Below are positions 57,599 through 64,000 of a DNA stretch of 64,000 bases, one piece after another; position 1 is the first letter of the stretch; the number at the start of each line of letters is the position of its first letter. Source of the DNA: Candidatus Latescibacterota bacterium (GTDB lineage Bacteria > Latescibacterota > UBA2968 > GCA-2709665); contig OZ241917.1 of the NCBI GenBank assembly GCA_965203805.1, forward strand, positions 3,104,001 through 3,168,000, given 5' to 3'. Below the pieces are notes generated by a model. The model was not told the DNA's origin, did no database searches, and saw only the letters and a list, made by a program, of their open reading frames with translations. The translations under genes and the position numbers were made by a program.

Positions 57599-58651
57599 CT
57601 ACGCAATAACGCCGCCCCCCAGACAGGTTTCGCCATCGTAGAAGACGGCCGATTGTCCCGGCGCCACGCCCGGGTCCGCTTCCGCCATCTGCACGGCCAG
57701 GGCGTTACTCCCGGCGGATGCGATGCGGCACCGGACGACCCGCGGGCCGTGTCGGATCTTGACCTGAACGTCGTGCCGGTCGGGGACACCGCAGATCCAG
57801 TTCGGGCGTGACACCGTGAAACGGCTCAACGCCCGTTCGCCCCGGTGCGACCTGTGCGTCACGTAGACAATGTTGTCATGGATGTCTTTCCTGACCACGT
57901 ACCAGGGTCCTGCGGCGAGGCCCAGCCCTTCGCGCTGTCCGATGGTGTAGAACCAGTAACCCCGATGGCGGCCGAGACGGGCGCCGGATTCGAGTTCGAT
58001 AATGTCGCCAGGCTTCTCACCCAGGTGCGCCCTGACGAAATCGGGATAGCTTATCTTGCCCAGAAAACAGATGCCCTGGCTGTCCTTGCGATCCTGGTTC
58101 GGCAGACCGAAGTCCCGTGCGTGTTTCCGGACCTGCGGTTTGGTGAGATGCCCGATGGGGAAACGTGCGCGTTGGAGCTGCGCCTGGCTGAGTCCGGAAA
58201 GAAAGTAGGTCTGGTCCTTGACGGGGTCCGGCGCTCGCTTCAAGCAACAGGCGCCGTTGACTTCTGCGATTCGGGCATAGTGACCGGAAGCCACACTGTC
58301 GAAGCTGCCGCCGATGCGGGCGGCGAACTCGCCGAATTTGATGTGCCGGTTGCAGACAATGTCCGGGCTGGGAGTACGTCCCGCTCTGAGTTCGGACACG
58401 GCGTGCGAGACCACCCGTTCCAGGTATTCCGCCTGCAGCGGGATGATTTGAAGCGGTACCCCCGCCTGTTCGCACACAGCGCGCGCGTACTTGAGGTCTT
58501 CCTCCCAGGGGCAGTCGCCCAAAAAGGCAAGTTCGTCCTCAAGCCAGACCTTGAGATAGAAGGCGGTGATTTCGTGCCGGTCTTCCCGGCACAGCAGATG
58601 AAGGGCAACGGAACTGTCGACGCCTCCGGAAAGCAGAAGGGCGATCTTCAT
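57599..58651 (-). CDS. mnmA: tRNA-specific 2-thiouridylase
   Basis: LSGGVDSS, TPSPDIVCNRHIKF, SGHYA, KDQTYFL, KDSQGICF, YTIGQR, PGQSAVFY. Confidence 0.95.
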   Translation of the reverse strand: MKIALLLSGGVDSSVALHLLCREDRHEITAFYLKVWLEDELAFLGDCPWEEDLKYARAVCEQAGVPLQIIPLQAEYLERVVSHAVSELRAGRTPSPDIVCNRHIKFGEFAARIGGSFDSVASGHYARIAEVNGACCLKRAPDPVKDQTYFLSGLSQAQLQRARFPIGHLTKPQVRKHARDFGLPNQDRKDSQGICFLGKISYPDFVRAHLGEKPGDIIELESGARLGRHRGYWFYTIGQREGLGLAAGPWYVVRKDIHDNIVYVTHRSHRGERALSRFTVSRPNWICGVPDRHDVQVKIRHGPRVVRCRIASAGSNALAVQMAEADPGVAPGQSAVFYDGETCLGGGVIA

Positions 58652-58659
58652 GGCTCGCT

Positions 58660-60030
58660 TCACGTGTGATTGCGGCACCGTCGACCCGGCGACACGCCGA
58701 CGCATTCAAAGCCCGCCAGGCATTCGGCCAGCGGTTCGATCGTCTTCAGATCCGCGCAGCCCAGCACGGTCTCGACCAGATGCTCCGCATGGGAGCTGTC
58801 CGCGACATGATCGATGAGGCAACGGGATTTCGAGACGAGGTCGTCGAAGGTGATGCCGCTGTCCGGGTCTCCCGGGGCGGGTACCGGTCCTGTTGCGTGT
58901 GTCCGCCCGTCCGTGGTTGTGACGATGACCTTCGCCAGCGCTTCATCGGGGAAACAGGCCTCGATGGCGGGATCGACGGACATCTCGACGCGTTCCGACA
59001 GGGCCAGTACCGCCTGATTCGTCAGGCCGGGACCGGCGATTTCGGAAACGCTAACCCGGCCGTGAACAAAGGCGCAGGCCACCGGATAGGCCAGACTGTA
59101 TTGAGCCTCTTCGGTGTTGGCAGGGCGGCGTGTGCCCAGGTGGGTCGCCGCCTCGAAGGTTTCGATCCTGACTGCGGCGATGTGTTCAGGCTTCATCCTG
59201 TGGATCGCGCGCAACGCCAACGCCCCGGCGATGGCTGGCTGGGCCCAGCGGCAACACGGATGGAATTTGTAATAGACCCTTTCCATCCACCAGTCGGCGC
59301 CAAGGGTCCGCATCGACGCGCGGTACTCGTCGGCACAGGGCGTCGCGGGCATGCCCGTGAATCCGCGCGCCGCCAGTTGTGTGGCGGTGACGCCCACAAA
59401 GGCGCCCCAGTGGATACCGTCTTTCACCATGGCCGGATGACGCACGCAGTCCATAATGGGCGCGAGAGGTGCGTGGTATTCGGCAATGGCCAGCGCGTGT
59501 TCCAGCTCCGGAGGTCCCAGTTTCAGCAGACGGGCGCATGCGGCGGCGGCGCCGATGCTGCCCCAGGATCCGGAACCGTGGTAACTGGGTCCCCTGTGAG
59601 GATGGTCGTGCCAGATCGTACCCGCGCGCAAGCCGACTTCGTAACCGACGGCCACCGCCGCAAGGAAATCACGCCCCGAAGCTCCTTCGGCCTGGGCCGT
59701 CGCCAGCGCCGCGGGAATGACGACGGCGCCGGGATGGCCTTTCGCCGGCCGGTACCCGTCGTCGACGTCCAGCGCATTTGCGGCGCAGGCGTTTGCCAGG
59801 GCGGCCCCCGGTGCGCTGCCGATCTTTCCCTTGCCCGCGATCGTGGCTTCGTTGCCCGGGAACGCCGTTGCGGCGAAGTCCGCCATGATGCCCGAGGCAG
59901 GCGTGGCCAGTCCTGCGATGGTCGCGGCGAAGAGATCCAGAAGGTTCTTGCTCAGCTGCGTCCGGACGGATTCCGGAAAATTGCCGTATCGGGCCTGCGC
60001 GATGAATCCGTTGATATCATTTGTTGCCAT
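58660..60030 (-). CDS. MmgE/PrpD family protein
   Basis: ALDVDDG...GHP, GYEVG, YYKFHPCCRW, EAQYSLAY. Confidence 0.88.
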   Translation of the reverse strand: MATNDINGFIAQARYGNFPESVRTQLSKNLLDLFAATIAGLATPASGIMADFAATAFPGNEATIAGKGKIGSAPGAALANACAANALDVDDGYRPAKGHPGAVVIPAALATAQAEGASGRDFLAAVAVGYEVGLRAGTIWHDHPHRGPSYHGSGSWGSIGAAAACARLLKLGPPELEHALAIAEYHAPLAPIMDCVRHPAMVKDGIHWGAFVGVTATQLAARGFTGMPATPCADEYRASMRTLGADWWMERVYYKFHPCCRWAQPAIAGALALRAIHRMKPEHIAAVRIETFEAATHLGTRRPANTEEAQYSLAYPVACAFVHGRVSVSEIAGPGLTNQAVLALSERVEMSVDPAIEACFPDEALAKVIVTTTDGRTHATGPVPAPGDPDSGITFDDLVSKSRCLIDHVADSSHAEHLVETVLGCADLKTIEPLAECLAGFECVGVSPGRRCRNHT

Positions 60031-60050
60031 ATGGATCCGGGCCGCCCGAT

Positions 60051-60965
60051 CTATGACATCAGGATCTGACTTTCGACGTCCAGCCCCACCCGGTTGCTCC
60101 AGGCAGTCATCATCTCTTTGAAAAACGGGCCGGGTTCACCGCTGCCAACCGGTATGTTGTTGAACTTCGTACAGGGAGCGATGCAATACGGCGTGGTGGT
60201 CAGCCACGCTTCGTCGGCATTCACGACGTCGTATGGCTGAAGGTCCTTTTCAATCCAGCCGAGACCGAGTTCCGCCGCGAATTCCTTCACGGTGAGCAGG
60301 CTGACGCCCTGGAGGATGTTCCGAGTGGTGGGGGAGTAGATGGTTCGGTCCGAGACGATGACAAAGTTGGAACCCGCGCATTCCGTGATGTTTCCGTCGA
60401 GATCGAGAAGCAGCGTTATCGCTTCCGGGTCGACCGCGTGGGTCTGCCGGTCGGCCAGCCACCAGTGCAGGCGGGACCGGTTCTTGGATTTCGGGTCCAG
60501 ACACTGGGGCGGGACGTGGCGCACGGCCGGCGTGACCACGTGGGCGCCGGCCTCGAAGAGATGACGCCAGACGCGGAAGGGAAGCGGGAAGGAGTGGATA
60601 CACACAGTTGGCGTGAGGCGTACGCCGGCGGCGGCGCTGCCGGCGTAGATTTCGTTTTCACCCGGGGTGATGAAGTGGACGATGCCAAGGTCGGCTTCGG
60701 GTTCGATCAGTTCCCGGTTCGCCTGTATGAGTTCGTGCGTCCTGTCCCGCATCTCGTCGCGCGTGAGCCCGGGAGGAATGCCGGCGTACTTGCACGATTT
60801 GTAGAGCCGGTCCAGGTGATCGTCCAGGCGAAACGGCGCATGGGCGAAGGTGCGTGTCATCTCGGTAAGGGTGGCGCCCAGAATGATGCCCAGATCGTAG
60901 ATCCTGATCGCGGCCTGAGAGGCAGGCACGAAATCTCCGTTCAGATAGACGATAGGTTCCTTCAT
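60051..60965 (-). CDS. Class IV PLP-dependent aminotransferase (IlvE/DAAT/PabC family)
   Basis: FRLDDHLDRL, PKSKNRSR (PLP Lys), ITECAGSN, ILQGVS, ADEAWLT. Confidence 0.88.
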   Translation of the reverse strand: MKEPIVYLNGDFVPASQAAIRIYDLGIILGATLTEMTRTFAHAPFRLDDHLDRLYKSCKYAGIPPGLTRDEMRDRTHELIQANRELIEPEADLGIVHFITPGENEIYAGSAAAGVRLTPTVCIHSFPLPFRVWRHLFEAGAHVVTPAVRHVPPQCLDPKSKNRSRLHWWLADRQTHAVDPEAITLLLDLDGNITECAGSNFVIVSDRTIYSPTTRNILQGVSLLTVKEFAAELGLGWIEKDLQPYDVVNADEAWLTTTPYCIAPCTKFNNIPVGSGEPGPFFKEMMTAWSNRVGLDVESQILMS

Positions 60966-61026
60966 AGACTCGCTCCAACCTTCGGATTACCGGAGTGACG
61001 TCGAAATGGGTTGACAACTCGTCCAT

Positions 61027-61055
61027 AATATAGCGGCTGGGTGACGTCGGGACAA
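61027..61055 (-). promoter_or_regulatory. Putative sigma70 promoter of the aminotransferase-PrpD-mnmA unit
   Basis: TTGTCC-N17-TATATT. Confidence 0.5.
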
Positions 61056-61227
61056 TCGAAAAGGGGGTTTTCGCGGCTGCTTGAGAAAGGCACGCTTGAG
61101 TGTAAAGGGCTCCTTTGCCCTCCACGCGGACAGATACACTACCCTACGTAAGAATGATGCCTCAGCTTTAAATGGACTAATGGCCTGAGGCATCGATGGG
61201 TGCAGACTACGATTTCGGAGGACGACT

Positions 61228-61638
61228 TTATTTCTGTCCACCTTCCGCGTCTTTCAGCATTTCGGCAATTTTCTCCCTTCGGGCTTTTTCTTCCTTTTGG
61301 TTTTTCTCCAATTCCTCCAGGAGCGCGCTCAATCTTTCTTCGCGCCTTCTGCTGGAAGCTTCCAACTCCCTCAAAGCCTTAATTGCTCTTGCTCTCGTTT
61401 TTGATTCGCTCTCCGTGATCCACTTATCGGCAAGCTTCATCATTGCGCCCATGAAGTCGACCCCTTCTATGATGAAAAAGGATAGCGTTACGGAGAAAAT
61501 ACCCGCCTCATACAGATTTTCGACCAGGTCTTTTTCAGGTGGCCTATATCGATCAGTCAGGGTGAACAGGAAAATGAGCAAGTTCAACGCCCCAAAAAGA
61601 GCGCGGTCACTTACGCTCCAAATGGGCTCTCGTTCCAT
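61228..61638 (-). CDS. Hypothetical membrane protein (two hydrophobic segments plus C-terminal coiled coil), AT-rich
   Basis: ALFGALNLLIFLFTL and AGIFSVTLSFFII segments, then an E/K/R-rich heptad tail. Alternative TTG start at 61683. Confidence 0.55.
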   Translation of the reverse strand: MEREPIWSVSDRALFGALNLLIFLFTLTDRYRPPEKDLVENLYEAGIFSVTLSFFIIEGVDFMGAMMKLADKWITESESKTRARAIKALRELEASSRRREERLSALLEELEKNQKEEKARREKIAEMLKDAEGGQK

Positions 61639-61893
61639 TAATTCGTCATTCTCGTTCGGGGGTCCATTTTGTGGTGTATACAAAAAATAAAATGCATATG
61701 CAAAAGTAAAGTCAAGCGTTTTCTATACGAAACGAAAGACCGTGTGACAGCCGGTTTTTGAGGATTGTCGTCCTGGATTTGCTTGTCTATGGTGTGCTCT
61801 CCCCGTTGCGGATTGCAAGAAGTCATGACAACAGAACGACGAGGATTTGCAATAAGGGGTTTGTACGTACATCTACACGGCCCTCGACGGACG

Positions 61894-63429
61894 TTACATC
61901 CAGAGATTCCGGTCGAGGCTGCGGTACTGAATGGCCTCACCGACGTGCTGAGGTTTGATTTCAGGCTCTTCTTCCAGGTCGGCGATGGTGCGGCTGACTT
62001 TCAGGATGCGGTCGTACGCGCGCGCGGAAAGGCCGAGTTTCGTGATGGCCATCTTGAGAAGTTCCTCGCCCTTGCCGTCGAGTCGGCAATATTCCCGGAT
62101 TTCCGCGGTGCCCATGTGCGCATTGCAGAACAGATGTTGTTTCTCGCTGAAGCGACGAAGTTGCACCGCTCGGGCCGCATTGACCCCTTCACGGATGGCA
62201 TCGGACGATTCTCCCCCGGCATCATCGGCAAGCTCAGTGTAGTCGACTCCGGGTACTTCAATGTGAATGTCGATCCTGTCGAGAAGCGGCCCGGAAATTC
62301 GGGCCATATACCGCTGGATGATGGGCGGGGAACACGTGCATTCGTTCCTGGGGTCGCCGAAATATCCGCAAGGGCACGGGTTCAGGGCGCAGGCCAACAT
62401 GAACTGGGCGGGATAGGTGAGAGAGACCATGGCGCGGGCAATGGTGACAAATCCGTCCTCGACCGGTTGGCGCAGGACTTCCAGAACGTGCTTTTTGAAT
62501 TCCGGCAGTTCGTCCAGGAAGAGAACGCCGTGGTGCGCCAGGGAGACTTCGCCCGGGCGCGGATGAGTTCCGCCGCCGATCAGGCCTGCGTCGGAAATGG
62601 TGTGGTGAGGGGAGCGAAAAGGCCGGATCGCCACCAGTGTGGTGTCCGCAGGCAGCAGTCCCGCCACGGAGTGGATTTTGGTGGCTTCGATCGCTTCATC
62701 CAGGGTCAGGTCGGGAAGGATGGTGGGCAGGCGGCGCGTGAGCATGGTTTTACCCGAGCCTGGCGGGCCGATCATGATGATGTTGTGGCCACCGCTGGCA
62801 GCCACCTCCAGCGCGCGTTTGGCGTGGACCTGGCCCCGGACGTCGCTGAAATCAATCCGGTAGTCCATGGCCTGGCTGAATATCCGGTCGACATCCACCT
62901 GGAGCGACGGCACCGCCCGATAGCCTTCCAGGAAGTCCAGTGTCTCCAACAGGTCCTCGACCGGATGGACGTCGATACCGCCCGCAATGGCGGCTTCGCG
63001 CGCATTTTCCCTGGGGAGAATCATGCCCTTGAGGCCTGCCTGACGGGCCTCCACCGCCATCGGCAGGACACCGCGGACGGGCCGGACGGCCCCATCGAGA
63101 GCGAGTTCGCCGAGAATCGCGTATTGGGAGAGGATTTCAGGCGAGATGTCACCCGCCGCGGCCAGAATCCCCACGGCAATGGGCAGGTCGAAGGCGGAGC
63201 CTTCCTTACGGATGTCCGCGGGCGCGAGATTGACGGTTACACGCCGAACGGGAAAGGGTCGACCGGTGTTCTTGATGGCGGCGGTCACCCGGTCCCGGCT
63301 TTCCTTGACGGCATTGTCCGGCAGACCCACCACGGAAAACGCGGGAAGCTGGTAGTCCAGGTCCGTCTCGATGCTTACGATATAGGCGTCAATGCCCTGG
63401 GTGGCGCAGCTCAACACGCGGGACATCAT
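61894..63429 (-). CDS. comM: YifB/ComM Mg-chelatase-like AAA+ ATPase
   Basis: VGLPD.AVKES, NLAPADIRKEG, GPPGSGKT, PFRSPHH, LFLDELPEF, NPCPCG, ARAYDRILKVSRTIAD. Confidence 0.93.
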   Translation of the reverse strand: MMSRVLSCATQGIDAYIVSIETDLDYQLPAFSVVGLPDNAVKESRDRVTAAIKNTGRPFPVRRVTVNLAPADIRKEGSAFDLPIAVGILAAAGDISPEILSQYAILGELALDGAVRPVRGVLPMAVEARQAGLKGMILPRENAREAAIAGGIDVHPVEDLLETLDFLEGYRAVPSLQVDVDRIFSQAMDYRIDFSDVRGQVHAKRALEVAASGGHNIIMIGPPGSGKTMLTRRLPTILPDLTLDEAIEATKIHSVAGLLPADTTLVAIRPFRSPHHTISDAGLIGGGTHPRPGEVSLAHHGVLFLDELPEFKKHVLEVLRQPVEDGFVTIARAMVSLTYPAQFMLACALNPCPCGYFGDPRNECTCSPPIIQRYMARISGPLLDRIDIHIEVPGVDYTELADDAGGESSDAIREGVNAARAVQLRRFSEKQHLFCNAHMGTAEIREYCRLDGKGEELLKMAITKLGLSARAYDRILKVSRTIADLEEEPEIKPQHVGEAIQYRSLDRNLWM

Positions 63430-63721
63430 ACGGGCCTCCCCGGAGATATTCAGGAACACGACTGAACTCCGCGGAAGCATATCGTCTGCAAGGAGTCCGG
63501 CGTTGACAAAACGAGTCCCCGACGGGCCCTCAGATTGCAACGGCCGTGCCAGAGATATGGGATATCCCTAACCTGCTGTCCGAAAGAGGGATGCGGCTGC
63601 CGGAAGGAAACGTGGAGGCGACGCCGGGAAAGGGATGTTCAATATTGGAGGGACGGATTGAACAATTCGTCGATGGACCTGCTGACGCCTGACAGTCCGG
63701 ATGGGATGTTTCAATGGACCG

Positions 63722-64000
63722 TTACAGGGGTTGGTCCGGATCGACGTCGGCAGCATAGTCGACCTCGGGAAGACCGAAGCCGAACAGTTTGAGGAATTCT
63801 TCGCGATAGTTCTGCAGACCCGCTATCGCTTCCAGGTTTTCGGTCGTTACGGATTCCCAAAGGGCTGCGACGCGCGACTGCACGTCGTCCCTGAGTTCGA
63901 GTTCATCGACGCGGATCCGACCTTCTTCGTCGGTGGGAACCGGCGATTCCGCATAGACGCGATCCTTCAGCAGCCGGTACATCTGTTGTATACAGCCTTC
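63722..64000 (-). CDS. fabV: Enoyl-ACP/trans-2-enoyl-CoA reductase FabV, C-terminal fragment
   Basis: EGCIQQMYRL...GRIRVDELEL..DVQ...LW...FLKLFGF..PEVDY. Truncated by the window edge. Confidence 0.88.
   Translation of the reverse strand, partial: EGCIQQMYRLLKDRVYAESPVPTDEEGRIRVDELELRDDVQSRVAALWESVTTENLEAIAGLQNYREEFLKLFGFGLPEVDYAADVDPDQPL

Noticed and set aside
58666-60069. 467-aa plus-strand ORF (and similar long shadows over ribBA, trpB, trpE and argS)
   Set aside because: Opposite strand or alternate frame of well-supported genes.
61765-63465. 566-aa plus-strand ORF
   Set aside because: Antisense shadow of comM, with no recognisable domain.
63636-63664. Hairpin TGTTCAAT-N13-ATTGAACA between fabV and comM
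   Set aside because: A single 8-bp AT-rich stem with no U-tract, not enough to call a terminator or ncRNA.

Overview
GC-rich bacterial chromosomal window. The Bacteroidota-like RpoD paralog and SecA architecture suggest an FCB-superphylum lineage such as Latescibacterota or Gemmatimonadota; this is inference only. The content is mostly housekeeping. Left part: the end of a lower-GC metal-uptake-like cluster (ABC permease, His-rich lipoprotein, YceI-DUF3299 fusion), lgt, DUF169, a ChdC/Cld-family gene, an orphan ABC/AAA ATPase, a short PurH-type transformylase, an RpoD-family sigma factor, an ECF sigma/anti-sigma/HtrA-like operon, acs, queC and groES-groEL with a CIRCE site. Middle: a long minus-strand operon (S55 peptidase, beta-propeller, ribD-ribE-ribBA-ribH-nusB-secA-rhodanese), rlmH, amidase, TPR protein, TonB, a membrane hydrolase and an SDR. 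Right part: a ~19-kb aromatic amino acid supercluster (trpEGDCF-tyrS-aldolase-trpBA-aroQ-DAHP synthase-tyrA-aroA-like-aroE-ubiE/menG, then argS-aroK-aroB), followed by cupin, mnmA, PrpD, a class IV aminotransferase, comM and part of fabV. Most notable: (1) a complete ribosome-stalling attenuator whose 35-aa leader peptide has a dense Trp/Tyr/Phe block, heading the aromatic supercluster; (2) a dispersed, gap-free conserved intergenic element of up to ~187 bp, with four full or partial copies near two sigma-factor genes and the aromatic operon promoter; (3) two intact but apparently catalytically dead enzymes (AroA-like and HtrA-like); (4) a promoter- and terminator-delimited candidate sRNA with C-rich loops; (5) a gene-less heptamer-repeat inverted element. 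No tRNA, rRNA, CRISPR array or intact transposase was seen. All alignments and counts were done by eye.
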